Shown: in pieces, positions 31,549-40,426 of the stretch
Layout of the letters: every line of letters starts with the position of its first letter
How positions within the stretch are numbered: position 1 is the stretch's first letter
Assembly (NCBI GenBank): GCA_035688805.1
Contig: DASSMQ010000006.1
Span: forward strand, 15,012 to 79,011
Source of the DNA: Candidatus Limnocylindrales bacterium
GTDB taxonomy: Bacteria; Chloroflexota; Limnocylindria; Limnocylindrales; CSP1-4
Reading direction: 5' to 3'
Length of the DNA stretch: 64,000 nt
Notes under the pieces: generated by a model
Seen by the model: only the letters and a program-made list of their open reading frames with translations
What the model was told of the DNA's origin: nothing
The model's database searches: none
Position numbers and translations under genes: made by a program

Positions 31549-32719
31549 GGTCGGTCTCGCGATCGGGGGCCTCATGAACGGGGGCGTGGACGGGAGGCGG
31601 CGGAGCGGCCGACAGCCGGAGGTCGACCGGATCGGCCCAGCGGGTGGGTTCCTTGCTTCCCGCGTACGAGCTTGCAGGCACGGCAAGTACCACGGGCGAG
31701 GACCGCGTACGGGCCTCATCTCCGAGCGATCCCTTGCCTTCGGGGCAAGGAACGGCGGCGATGGCCCGGCTATCGGTCGACGGCACCTCATCACTTGCGA
31801 GGACCGCAAGTTCCACGACCATCTCGCCTGGCCGTGCAGCGGTACTTGCCGTGGAGGCAAGCCCTTGCGCCGCGGGCACGTCGAGCGCGTCGAACAGGAG
31901 GGCGTCGTCGGCGAGGCACGCATCGCGCTCACCGCCCTCCGCGTAGAGGATCCGCAGGATGGCTCGGCGTCCCGGCGGACCGTGGCGGTTGTGGGCGACG
32001 AGCGCCTCGGTCCGCTGCCCGACGACGTCCCGGCCGAGACGGACCCAGGACCGCCGAGCGAGCTCCAGCCGGATGCCGGTCGATTGGTCGACCGCGGTCG
32101 TGAGGCCACCGCCCGACCCGGGCGCATCGAGGATCAGGAGCAGCGTCTCCGCCCGCCGGGCGAGAGCGGCGAGTCGATGGAGGCGATCGGCGATCTTCGC
32201 CGGCGTGTCGGTCCTGGCCAGACGGCCACCGGGCAGGTCGATGACGAGCAGGTCGACCGAGCGGCCGGCCAGCAGGCTGCCGGCGATGCCCAGGCCCTCG
32301 TCCAGGCTGGCCGGGGTGATGACCACGAGCCATTCGAGCCGGATGCCGCGGCTGACGGCTTCGACCGGGTCGAAGCTGCGCGACAGGTCCAGCCACGCCA
32401 CGACCGAGCCCTGGGCCTGGGCCTCCGCGGCGACCCGCAGGCTGAGGGTCGTCCGCCCGCTCGAGCCTTCCCCCCGGATCGCGACGCTGGCCGAGGTCGG
32501 CAACCCGCCCGGTCCGAGGATCGCGTCGAGGGCGGCGAAGCCGGTGTGGATGATCCGGTCGGCGGGCCGTGGGTCGGCGGAGGGTGACGGTCCCGGCATC
32601 TCTGTGGGGACCGGTGCCGGAGCCAGGGCCAGGGCGCCGACCACGCTCGGAGCTGCAGCACCCCAGCGGGCCCGGAGGCCCGCGACGGCGGCATCCACAT
32701 CACCCCGACCGGTCGACAT
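31346..32719 (-). CDS. imuA: ImuA' (RecA/SulA-fold mutasome subunit) with a ~190-aa low-complexity run-on tail
   Basis: RecA-like core at about aa 60-285 (FAALDAILGPGGLPTSASVAIRGEGSSGRTTL ... LLVIDLPG). Codon bias collapses near 31865, yet no in-frame stop occurs until 31346, 200 nt inside imuB. Confidence 0.7.
   Translation of the reverse strand: MSTGRGDVDAAVAGLRARWGAAAPSVVGALALAPAPVPTEMPGPSPSADPRPADRIIHTGFAALDAILGPGGLPTSASVAIRGEGSSGRTTLSLRVAAEAQAQGSVVAWLDLSRSFDPVEAVSRGIRLEWLVVITPASLDEGLGIAGSLLAGRSVDLLVIDLPGGRLARTDTPAKIADRLHRLAALARRAETLLLILDAPGSGGGLTTAVDQSTGIRLELARRSWVRLGRDVVGQRTEALVAHNRHGPPGRRAILRILYAEGGERDACLADDALLFDALDVPAAQGLASTASTAARPGEMVVELAVLASDEVPSTDSRAIAAVPCPEGKGSLGDEARTRSSPVVLAVPASSYAGSKEPTRWADPVDLRLSAAPPPPVHAPVHEAPDRETDHATSAPVRAAPAAPPGPGSTLRALPDRPARAGRATLGSGSGPRRRSDSSGARRPTRDAARERPPTRP
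31651..31876 (-). repeat. array of CTTGC-N7-GCAAG hairpins (4 complete, 2 half-sites)
   Basis: Hairpins at 31671-31687, 31732-31750, 31793-31811 and 31845-31861, with stems of 5-7 bp and loops that all differ. Extra CTTGC copies at 31653 and 31865. Confidence 0.8.
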
Positions 32720-32732
32720 CGGACGTCGATAG

Positions 32733-32748
32733 TAGAACAGATGTTCTA
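32733..32748 (-). promoter_or_regulatory. LexA-type SOS box (TAGAAC-N4-GTTCTA) inside the imuA' promoter
   Basis: The minus strand reads TTGCCT (32752-32757), a 17-nt spacer containing the box, then TACTAT (32729-32734). The ATG is 9 nt after the -10, implying a near-leaderless mRNA. Confidence 0.8.
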
Positions 32749-32807
32749 GTCAGGCAAGCCGTTTCCGTCACCCGATCGACACGAGCGATGGCTAGCCTCG
32801 GCCTACC

Positions 32808-33566
32808 ATGCTGCCGATGCCGACCTCGACCTCCGACCCCGCGGTCCCGACCGCGCCGATCCTCGTCGTCGACGACGACGCGAAGATCGTCCGGCTCGTG
32901 CGGACCTACCTCGAACGGGACGGGTTCTCGGTCGTGACCGCCGCCGACGGCCCGGCCGCGCTCGCCGCGATCGAGGCCCATGCGCCCGCCCTCGTCGTGC
33001 TGGACCTGATGCTCCCCGAACTGGACGGGCGGGCCGTCATCCGGGCCGTCCGCCGCGACGACGAGGCCGGCCGCACGCCGATCCTCGTCCTGTCCGCGCG
33101 TAGCTCGACCATCGACCGGATCGCCGGACTCGAGGATGGGGCCGACGACTACCTGCCCAAGCCGTTCTCACCCGCCGAGCTCGTGCTCCGGGTGAAGTCG
33201 ATCCTGCGCCGTGCGGCGCCGGCCGGGGCAGGCCTGGCGGATGCCCGACGACCATCGACTCCGCTGCTCCGCCACGCCGATCTCACCGTCGACCCGTCCC
33301 GCCACGAGGTCCGCCGCGGCGACGCGGCCATCGACCTCACCCGGGTCGAGTTCAAGCTGCTGTCGACGATCCTGGCGGCGGATGGCCGCGTCCTGTCGCG
33401 CGACCAGCTGCTCGACGCCGTGTACGGCCACGAGGCGGCCGACGTCCTCGACCGGACCATCGACGTGCATGTCCGCCGATTGCGCGACAAGCTCGACGAT
33501 GACCCGGAAGCGCCGCGCTATGTCCAGACCGTGCGCGGCATCGGGTATCGCGCCGCCCGGACGTGA
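32808..33566 (+). CDS. OmpR/PhoB-family response regulator
   Basis: Receiver domain (ILVVDDD ... VVLDLMLPELDG ... KPF) plus a winged-helix C-terminus (VRGIGYR). Confidence 0.92.
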   Translation: MLPMPTSTSDPAVPTAPILVVDDDAKIVRLVRTYLERDGFSVVTAADGPAALAAIEAHAPALVVLDLMLPELDGRAVIRAVRRDDEAGRTPILVLSARSSTIDRIAGLEDGADDYLPKPFSPAELVLRVKSILRRAAPAGAGLADARRPSTPLLRHADLTVDPSRHEVRRGDAAIDLTRVEFKLLSTILAADGRVLSRDQLLDAVYGHEAADVLDRTIDVHVRRLRDKLDDDPEAPRYVQTVRGIGYRAART

Positions 33567-34627
33567 TCGGTCGAGGTATCGCCGCACGCATCGCCCTGGC
33601 GGCCATCGCGAGCGCCGCGGTCGGCCTGGTCATCCTCGCCATCGGTGTGGCCGTGGTCGGTGGCGGGGTCTTCACCGAGTTGATGATGAAGGCCGGCGAC
33701 TCGGCCGAGCACGCTCGACGGATGTACGACGACTCGGTGGTCACGGTCGTGGTCGCGGCCTCCGCCCTGGCCGTGCTGGCGAGCCTCGGTCTAGCCGTCG
33801 CCCTCGCCCGGATGCTGGCCCGGCCGCTCGACGAGATCAGTGGCGCCGCTCGACGGATCGCCGACGGTGACTACGCGGCCCGCGTCCCGCGCGAGGGGCC
33901 CGAGGAGCTGGCCAGCCTGGCCGACTCATTCAACCAGATGGCCGCTTCGCTCGAGCGTCAGGAGCAGATGCGGCGCGACTTCATCGCCAACGCAGCCCAT
34001 GAGCTACGGACGCCGTTGACCAATCTGCAGGGCTACCTCGAAGCGCTGCGCGACGGCGTCATCGTGGCCGATGCCGCGACCTACGAGTCGCTCCACGAGG
34101 AGGCCGATCGCCTCGTCCGCCTGTCGCGCTCGCTCGACGCGCTCGCGGAGGGCGACGCCGACACGAGCCCGGCGACACGCATCGAGCTCGATCTCGCGGC
34201 TGCGATCCGCTCAGCGATCGACCTCGCCGCGCCGGCGATCGAACGCGCCGGGCTGCGCCTGGAGACCGGCCTTCCCCCCTCGCTGCCGGCCCGGGCGGAT
34301 CCAGACCGGGTCGCCCAGGTCCTCGCCAACCTCCTCTCGAACGCCATCCGGTACACGGCACGCGGCGGCCTGGTCACGGTCCGCGCCGAACGGCGTCCAG
34401 CCGATGTCCTGGTCTCGGTGACGAATACCGGCGACTCGATCCCGGCCGACGACCTCGATCGGGTATTCGAGCGGTTCTACCGGGTCGAGAAGTCACGCGA
34501 TCGCGCTCGGGGAGGCGCCGGCATCGGGCTGGCCATCGTGAAGCAGCTGGTCGAATCGGGCGGCGGTCGAGTCGGCGCCGAATCGGCTGAAGGTCAGACG
34601 CGCTTCTGGTTCAGCATCCCGGCCTGA
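33563..34627 (+). CDS. sensor histidine kinase (HAMP-HisKA-HATPase_c)
   Basis: GTGA overlap with the regulator. H-box FIANAAHELRTPLT, N-box LLSNAIRYT, G-box GGAGIGLAIVK. Confidence 0.92.
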   Translation: MIGRGIAARIALAAIASAAVGLVILAIGVAVVGGGVFTELMMKAGDSAEHARRMYDDSVVTVVVAASALAVLASLGLAVALARMLARPLDEISGAARRIADGDYAARVPREGPEELASLADSFNQMAASLERQEQMRRDFIANAAHELRTPLTNLQGYLEALRDGVIVADAATYESLHEEADRLVRLSRSLDALAEGDADTSPATRIELDLAAAIRSAIDLAAPAIERAGLRLETGLPPSLPARADPDRVAQVLANLLSNAIRYTARGGLVTVRAERRPADVLVSVTNTGDSIPADDLDRVFERFYRVEKSRDRARGGAGIGLAIVKQLVESGGGRVGAESAEGQTRFWFSIPA

Positions 34628-34637
34628 TCCAGTCTGT

Positions 34638-35528
34638 CTACGGGAGCGCGATCGCGACCAACCCGACGAACACGCCGGCGAGGCCGACCCACTGGATCGG
34701 CCGCAGGCGTTCGCCGAGCAGGGCCACGGCGACGATGATCGTGACCGTCGGCCCGAACGATGAGGCCAGGCCGACGAGCCACGTCTCGGCGTGTTCGAGC
34801 CCGTAGGCGAACGAGGCGAGGCCCACGACATCGAGCAGCCCCGCGAGCGCGATCGCGCCGAACGTACGAGCGTGCGCGCCACCCGTTCCTTCAAGGGCCG
34901 GACCGGCGTGGCCGCGCAGGACCGTCGACGCCACCACCAGCACGACGGTCGACAGCAGCGCGTTGGCGGTGCGCGACACGAGCACGACCTCCAGCCATGG
35001 CGCGCGGTCGATGACGATGTCGCTGCCGATACTCATCGACGCGAACAGGACGAGGGCGACGACCGCGAAGACCACCCCCGGACTCGCAAACCGTGTCCCA
35101 CGCAACCCTTGGTCGAATGCCACACCCGTCATCACGACGCCGATCGTCGCCACGGCAGCGCCCACCCCCTGCAGCGGGGTCAGCGTCTCGCCCCGGACCA
35201 CGACCGCCAGCACGACCGTCAGGCCCCCATAAGCCGCGACCATCCCGCTGACGACGGCGATCGGCCCGATCCGAAGGCCGGTGAAATAGGACAGGTAGGC
35301 GCCGGCGCCGGCCAGGCCGACCAGGGCACCGCCGACGAGGACGAAGGGGTCCCCTGAGATCGTGGTCCCGGTCGCGATCGCCGCGATCCACACGAAGACC
35401 GCCCCGACGACCTGCATCCCAGCGGTCACCACCAGGCTGCCGACCCGTCGGCTGGCCAGCGCGGAGAAGAGATCGAGCGTGCCCCACGACAGGGCCGCAC
35501 CGAGCCCGGTGAGCAGGCCAAGCGGCAT
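34638..35528 (-). CDS. EamA/DMT-superfamily transporter
   Basis: 296 aa with 10 predicted TM helices in two EamA-like halves. Confidence 0.75.
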   Translation of the reverse strand: MPLGLLTGLGAALSWGTLDLFSALASRRVGSLVVTAGMQVVGAVFVWIAAIATGTTISGDPFVLVGGALVGLAGAGAYLSYFTGLRIGPIAVVSGMVAAYGGLTVVLAVVVRGETLTPLQGVGAAVATIGVVMTGVAFDQGLRGTRFASPGVVFAVVALVLFASMSIGSDIVIDRAPWLEVVLVSRTANALLSTVVLVVASTVLRGHAGPALEGTGGAHARTFGAIALAGLLDVVGLASFAYGLEHAETWLVGLASSFGPTVTIIVAVALLGERLRPIQWVGLAGVFVGLVAIALP

Positions 35529-35646
35529 CGGCGGAGCCTACGGTCCAACGGTCGAGCGGCCACCGTGGTCCCGTCGGCCGGGACGCGCCGTCGCCGGCCG
35601 CGGCGGCCGGTCGGGCGGGAAGCCCGTGCTACACTCGCTCGCCCGT

Positions 35647-35722
35647 GGGGATGTAGCTCAGCTGGGAGAGCACCGCGTTCGCATCGCGGGGGTCAGGGGT
35701 TCGAGTCCCCTCATCTCCACCA
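35647..35722 (+). tRNA. tRNA-Ala (anticodon CGC), CCA encoded
   Basis: Cloverleaf folded by hand: acceptor GGGGATG/CATCTCC with G3:U70, anticodon loop TTCGCAT, T-loop GGTTCGAGTCC. Confidence 0.95.
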
Positions 35723-35742
35723 TCCCGATCGGAGGGGTCCCC

Positions 35743-36105
35743 ACGTCCGTCGTCGCGGCGATCCTGGTCGCGCTCGTCGCGCTGATCCACGCCTACATCC
35801 TCGTGCTCGAGATGTTCCTGTGGCGCACGCCTCGCGGTCGGCAGGCATTCGGGACGACCGCCGAGCAGGCCGAGACGATGGCGACGCTCGCGGCCAACCA
35901 GGGGCTGTACAACGGGTTCCTCGCCGCCGGTCTGGCCCTGAGCCTCGTCCTGCCCGAGCCGAGCGCCCTGGTCCTGAAGGTCTTCCTGCTGGCGTGCGTG
36001 GTGATCGCGGGTCTCTATGGCGCCGCGACCGTGTCGCGCCGGATCGTCCTCGTGCAGGCCTTGCCGGCCGCGCTGGCGTTGGGGGCCGTGCTGCTAGCAC
36101 GCTGA
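35743..36105 (+). CDS. DUF1304-like small membrane protein (start codon uncertain)
   Basis: IHAYILVLEMFLWRTPRGRQAFG is typical of the family. No canonical start codon lies between the tRNA and the first TM helix, so the 5' limit is approximate. Confidence 0.55.
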   Translation, partial: TSVVAAILVALVALIHAYILVLEMFLWRTPRGRQAFGTTAEQAETMATLAANQGLYNGFLAAGLALSLVLPEPSALVLKVFLLACVVIAGLYGAATVSRRIVLVQALPAALALGAVLLAR

Positions 36106-36240
36106 CGCGCGATCGACCTTGGAGGATCCGCCTCCGGCGGTGCCGGGCCTCGTGGCGCTGACGAGTGGTCGCTGGTTCGTGCAGCGGTCGTGCAGTCGTC
36201 GATACGCCTCGGGTGAGCGCTCGCCGTCAGCATCGACGCC

Positions 36241-36957
36241 ATGAAGTCGACCAAGATCGCCAGGCAGGAACGGCGCGCCCGTCGCGTCTCGAAACGCCAC
36301 CACCGAGATCCGGGCCTCCGGCTGACGCCGCTCGGCGCGGGCACGTTCGAACCGGGCCTCAAGAAGGCCATCCTGGCTGCCTTCCGGGGATTCGACCCGA
36401 CCGGTCCCTGGTCCGAGATGGCGCCACGCATCGTGCCCGTCCTCAAGCGTCGCCGCCATCCGTTCCCGGCGGAGGCGACACCGCTGCACATCAACGTCCC
36501 GCCCGGGGTCTGGACCGGTTTCGGGATCGACCTCGGGCCGGCCTTCTCGCACGTGACTCGCGCGCTCGTCGATGGCTGGGGGATCGACGACGCCACGCTT
36601 CTGGCGACCGCGTTGGACAACCTGGCCGCCCTGGCCAGGTCGGAGACGCCGGTGATCGAACGTCTCGATCTCGATGGCGTCGGCGTCACGGCCATCCAGG
36701 GTCAGGGTTGGGGCTCGTCGCTCATCCTCGCCCCGGACCTGCTGCGGCGCATCCTCGGGCCTGGACCGCGCGTGTTATTGGCGCCGGTCCGCAACACGTT
36801 GCTCGCGCTGCCTGACGACGTTGACCCCGACCTGACGGTCGATCTCTGGGCTGCGATCGCCGCCGGCGCGCACGATGAGCTCGACGTCGACCCGCTGCGC
36901 TGGACCGGGTCGACCGTGACGATGCTTGGCGGGCGAGCGCTCGGCCTGCCAAATTGA
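36241..36957 (+). CDS. hypothetical protein
   Basis: 238-aa ORF with good codon bias and a basic N-terminus. No recognised motif. Confidence 0.5.
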   Translation: MKSTKIARQERRARRVSKRHHRDPGLRLTPLGAGTFEPGLKKAILAAFRGFDPTGPWSEMAPRIVPVLKRRRHPFPAEATPLHINVPPGVWTGFGIDLGPAFSHVTRALVDGWGIDDATLLATALDNLAALARSETPVIERLDLDGVGVTAIQGQGWGSSLILAPDLLRRILGPGPRVLLAPVRNTLLALPDDVDPDLTVDLWAAIAAGAHDELDVDPLRWTGSTVTMLGGRALGLPN

Positions 36958-36963
36958 GACGTC

Positions 36964-37743
36964 CTAGCGGCGCGTCGCGGCGATCAGCCTGACCTGCCAA
37001 TCCGTGACGACCGGTCCGGAACCCCACGTCGCCTCGACCCGGCTCCGGAACGCGTCGCGATACCGCTCGACCACCTCCGTGGACCAGACGGTCGGCGCCC
37101 CGAAGCTCGATCGGTAGGCCAGGTACGCCTCCACGTCGTCGTGGCTGACCTCGAAGCTGCGTGTCTGGGTCTCGATCTCGTGGAACCCGGCCCGGCGGAG
37201 ACGCTGGAGCAACGTCGCGACGGGCACGGCCGGGTACGGACCGATGCCGGCGTCACGGCGGGCGGCGTTCAGCAGCGTCAGCTCCCCGTACTCCAGGCCC
37301 CAGATCGCCGCCACGAGCCGGCCGCCCGGGCGCAGCACCCGAGCCGCCTCACGGATCGTTGCGGGGGCGTCGAGCAGCGGCGTGAATTGCGACAGGAGCA
37401 TGTCGAAGCGGCCATCGTGAAACGGCAGTCGCGCCAGGTCGGCCTCCTGGAACGCCACGCCAGCCCGCCGCCGGGCCGGAGCGGCGGCCGGCACGACCCG
37501 TCGGGCGACCGCCAACATGCCGGCGGACACGTCCGTCGCGGTGAGGCGGCCTCGGGCTCCGAGATGCGCGACGACGTGCCGCGAGAGCCCGCCCGTCCCT
37601 GCTCCCACCTCCAGGATGTCGGCGTCCTCCCGCGGGTCGGCGAACGCCGCGAGCGCCTCCGCGACGACGCGGAATTTGGGGACGATCCAGCGCTCGTACG
37701 ACTCGGCGACCGGGTCGTACTGGCTGACGGTCGGGGCGCTCAT
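36964..37743 (-). CDS. class I SAM-dependent methyltransferase
   Basis: ILEVGAGTGGLS motif I. ATGA overlap with the upstream metallopeptidase gene. Confidence 0.8.
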   Translation of the reverse strand: MSAPTVSQYDPVAESYERWIVPKFRVVAEALAAFADPREDADILEVGAGTGGLSRHVVAHLGARGRLTATDVSAGMLAVARRVVPAAAPARRRAGVAFQEADLARLPFHDGRFDMLLSQFTPLLDAPATIREAARVLRPGGRLVAAIWGLEYGELTLLNAARRDAGIGPYPAVPVATLLQRLRRAGFHEIETQTRSFEVSHDDVEAYLAYRSSFGAPTVWSTEVVERYRDAFRSRVEATWGSGPVVTDWQVRLIAATRR

Positions 37744-38558
37744 GCGCTGAGCGTCGTGCTGGGCGGGTCGAGCGCGCCGTGCAATTCCGTGGCGTGATCG
37801 TGGAGCCAGCGCCGCCAGGCACGATGGTCCGACCGGTGGTGCGCGACGAGTGACCAGAACCGCGGTCCGTGCCCGAAGACTCGCAGATGCGCCAGTTCGT
37901 GGACGACGACCGTCTCCAGCGCCTCGGGGGGCGCGAGGATCAGCCGCCACGAGAAGGACAGGCGTCCGCTGCGGGCTGCGCTCCCCCAGCGCGTCCGGGG
38001 ATCGCGCAGGGCGATGCCGGCGGGAATGACGCCCATCCTCGGAGCGTGCTCGGCCACCGCGGTGTGGACGGCATCGCTCGCCCGGTCGCGCAGCCACCGC
38101 TCGAGGATGACGCCCTCGGGCCGCCGGTCGGCAGGCACTCGATGGATGACGAGCTCATCGTCGATGGCCACGACATCGGAGCGCCGGATGCCCGACACGG
38201 CCGGCACGACCCGGATCGACTGCCATCGACCCTGGAACAGGATCGAGCCGCCGTCGACCGGTCCGCCCCGCCGTGCGAGCGCCGCCAGTACCTCGGTCTG
38301 GCGTCGCAGATGGCGACGCAGCCACGCTTCCCGTTCGCCAAGGAACGCGGTCGCCCGTCGCTCCCCATCGAGTCGCCCGGTGCGCGTGGCCGGCAGGGTC
38401 ACGACGACGCCCCGCTCCGGATGGATCACGACTCGCAGGCTTCGGGCGCGCGGCGAGTGGCGGAGTGTGAAGGGCAGCGGGCCACCCGGGAGGTGCGCGA
38501 CCGCCGCGATCTCGGTCACGCCCGCCCGGCGCGCGCGGGTCGGCGATGGTGCGCTCAC
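37740..38558 (-). CDS. YgjP-like (DUF45 / M48-related) zinc metallopeptidase
   Basis: C-terminal HELAHLRVFGHGPRFW (HExxH) in the characteristic YgjP context. Confidence 0.78.
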   Translation of the reverse strand: MSAPSPTRARRAGVTEIAAVAHLPGGPLPFTLRHSPRARSLRVVIHPERGVVVTLPATRTGRLDGERRATAFLGEREAWLRRHLRRQTEVLAALARRGGPVDGGSILFQGRWQSIRVVPAVSGIRRSDVVAIDDELVIHRVPADRRPEGVILERWLRDRASDAVHTAVAEHAPRMGVIPAGIALRDPRTRWGSAARSGRLSFSWRLILAPPEALETVVVHELAHLRVFGHGPRFWSLVAHHRSDHRAWRRWLHDHATELHGALDPPSTTLSA

Positions 38559-40240
38559 GAGCGGTGACGCAGGAGCCGACCCGTTCGAACCCCCGTCTCG
38601 CGCCCAGCCCGGACCGCCAGGCGGCCGTTGACGACGACGTGCGGGATCCCCACCGGATAGCGAGCCGGATCGTCGTACGTGGCAGCGTCGACCACCGTCG
38701 CCGGGTCGAACGCGACGAGGTCAGCGAACGCACCCTCGCGGACGACCCCCCGATCCCGGAGCCCGAGCCGTGCGGCCGGCACACTCGTCAGCTTCGCGAT
38801 CGCCGTCTCCAGCGCGAGCGTCTCCCGGTCGCGTACGTAGGTCCCGAGGACCCGCGCGGTCGAACCGTAGGTGCGCGGATGCGGTCGTCCGGAATCCAGG
38901 ATCGGATGGCCGGGTCGCCGGCCGGCCGCGTCGGTGCACACCGCGATCCATGGGACGGCCATGATCGCCTCGACGTCCGGATCGGCCATGCAGTCGATGA
39001 CGACGTCCACGTCCAGCCGATCGTCGATCAGCGCGTCGACCGCGAGGTCCCCCGGGTCCGCCCCCATCTCGGCACCGAGATCGGCGAGTGATCGTCCCTC
39101 CCAGTCTGGATGGCCCGCCGCCGCCGAGATGCGGATGCCCGACCAACCGGGGTCACGCACGACGTTCGGCCAGCTCGAGATGCCCCGCGCCATCTCGGCC
39201 ATCGCCAGATCACGGACCTCATGATCAGCCAGTGCGGCGACGCACCCTTCGATCCCAAGACCCAGCAGCGCCGGCGGCAGGATGACCGCGAGCGTCGTCG
39301 ATGCCGCGGTGTAGGGGTACTGGTCCGCGGCGACGTCCAGTCCCTCGGACCGGGCCGTCTCGAGCACGGCGATGGCGTCCCCCGCCCGGCCCCAGACTGC
39401 CCGCGAGGCGCACTTCAGGTGGGACACCTGCAGCCGCGGGTCCGCCACCCCGCCATCGCGGGCGGCGCGAACGGTTCCGATCGCCTCGGCCAGCGCGCCG
39501 AACAGCCCGTCGGCTTCATCGCGGAGGTGGGTCGCGTAGAGGCCATCACGTCGCGTAGCGGACGTCACGAGCGCCTCGACCTCCGATGCGTCGGCGTGGA
39601 GGCCAGGTGCGTAGATGAGCCCACTCGACAGACCGAGGGCGCCAGCATCCATCGCCGAGTCGACCTCGCGGACCATGGCATGTCGCTCCAGATCGGTCGC
39701 CCGGCGCGCCTCGGAGCCCATCACAGACGCGCGGACCGTGCCATGCCCGATGAGGCTCGCGACATTGATGCCGAGGGGCGTCGACTCGACCGCATCAAGG
39801 TACTCGGCGAAGGTGCGCCAGCGCGCGACGAGGCCGTTCGGACGCAGAGCCAGCTCGACGATCTCTCGGCCGAGGTCACTGATCGGTGCCAGCGAATCGC
39901 CACAATTCCCGGACAGCTGCGTCGTGAACCCCTGGTGCAGATGACTGGCCAGGCCGCCGTCGACGAAGAGCGTGCCGTCGGAGTGGCCGTGCGGGTCGAT
40001 GAACCCGGGTGTCACGGCCAGGCCCGCTGCGTCGATGGTTTCGGCGACGGCCGCATCCTCCACGGCCCGCAGGTCGCCGACCGCCAGGATCCGATCGCCC
40101 AGGACGCCGACATCGGCGCGCCGCCCGATGCTGCCGGTGCCATCGATGACGGTCCCGCCACGGATCAACAGGTCGAACTCGGTCACCCGGGGATGATGCC
40201 ATCCGCGACTCCGGACGCGGCCGTGACTCGGGAGCGTCAC
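38555..40240 (-). CDS. N-acyl-D-amino-acid deacylase (D-aminoacylase) family amidohydrolase
   Basis: DLLIRGGTVIDGTG ... PGFIDPHGHSD, and C-terminal VNG...V typical of D-aminoacylases. Alternative GTG start at 40186. Confidence 0.82.
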   Translation of the reverse strand: MTLPSHGRVRSRGWHHPRVTEFDLLIRGGTVIDGTGSIGRRADVGVLGDRILAVGDLRAVEDAAVAETIDAAGLAVTPGFIDPHGHSDGTLFVDGGLASHLHQGFTTQLSGNCGDSLAPISDLGREIVELALRPNGLVARWRTFAEYLDAVESTPLGINVASLIGHGTVRASVMGSEARRATDLERHAMVREVDSAMDAGALGLSSGLIYAPGLHADASEVEALVTSATRRDGLYATHLRDEADGLFGALAEAIGTVRAARDGGVADPRLQVSHLKCASRAVWGRAGDAIAVLETARSEGLDVAADQYPYTAASTTLAVILPPALLGLGIEGCVAALADHEVRDLAMAEMARGISSWPNVVRDPGWSGIRISAAAGHPDWEGRSLADLGAEMGADPGDLAVDALIDDRLDVDVVIDCMADPDVEAIMAVPWIAVCTDAAGRRPGHPILDSGRPHPRTYGSTARVLGTYVRDRETLALETAIAKLTSVPAARLGLRDRGVVREGAFADLVAFDPATVVDAATYDDPARYPVGIPHVVVNGRLAVRAGRETGVRTGRLLRHRS

Positions 40241-40268
40241 AGGTCATTTGGTACACTGCCCGTCCCGT

Positions 40269-40341
40269 GGGGCTATAGCTCAGCTGGAAGAGCACCTGCA
40301 TGGCATGCAGGGGGTCCGGGGTTCGAATCCCCGTAGCTCCA
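40269..40341 (+). tRNA. tRNA-Ala (anticodon GGC), CCA not encoded
   Basis: Acceptor GGGGCTA/TAGCTCC with G3:U70, anticodon loop ATGGCAT, T-loop GGTTCGAATCC. Confidence 0.95.
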
Positions 40342-40365
40342 CTAGACCGACGAGACCGCCGATCC

Positions 40366-40392
40366 TCACCCCTCGCCGACGGCGGGGGGTGA
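40366..40392 (+). terminator. GC-rich hairpin after tRNA-Ala(GGC)
   Basis: TCACCCCTCGCC-GAC-GGCGGGGGGTGA (one bulge). No U-tract. Confidence 0.35.
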
Positions 40393-40426
40393 TGCGTATG
40401 GGCGGCCCGATCAGAGGCCCGCCGTC

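Noticed and set aside
31651-31876. The possibility that the hairpin array is a small CRISPR array.
   Set aside because: The repeat units are only 17-19 nt and differ in loop sequence. The spacers are unequal (34-45 nt). No cas genes or leader are nearby, and the array lies inside an operon.
35529-36240. A mobile-element or genomic-island junction at the tRNA-Ala genes (35647 and 40269).
   Set aside because: No integrase, transposase, direct repeat of the tRNA 3' end or compositional shift was found next to either tRNA.
40342-40426. A T-box or other leader upstream of leuS.
   Set aside because: Only 85 nt separate tRNA-Ala and the leuS start. That is too short for a T-box, and no specifier or T-box sequence was seen. 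The hairpin there is more simply the tRNA terminator.
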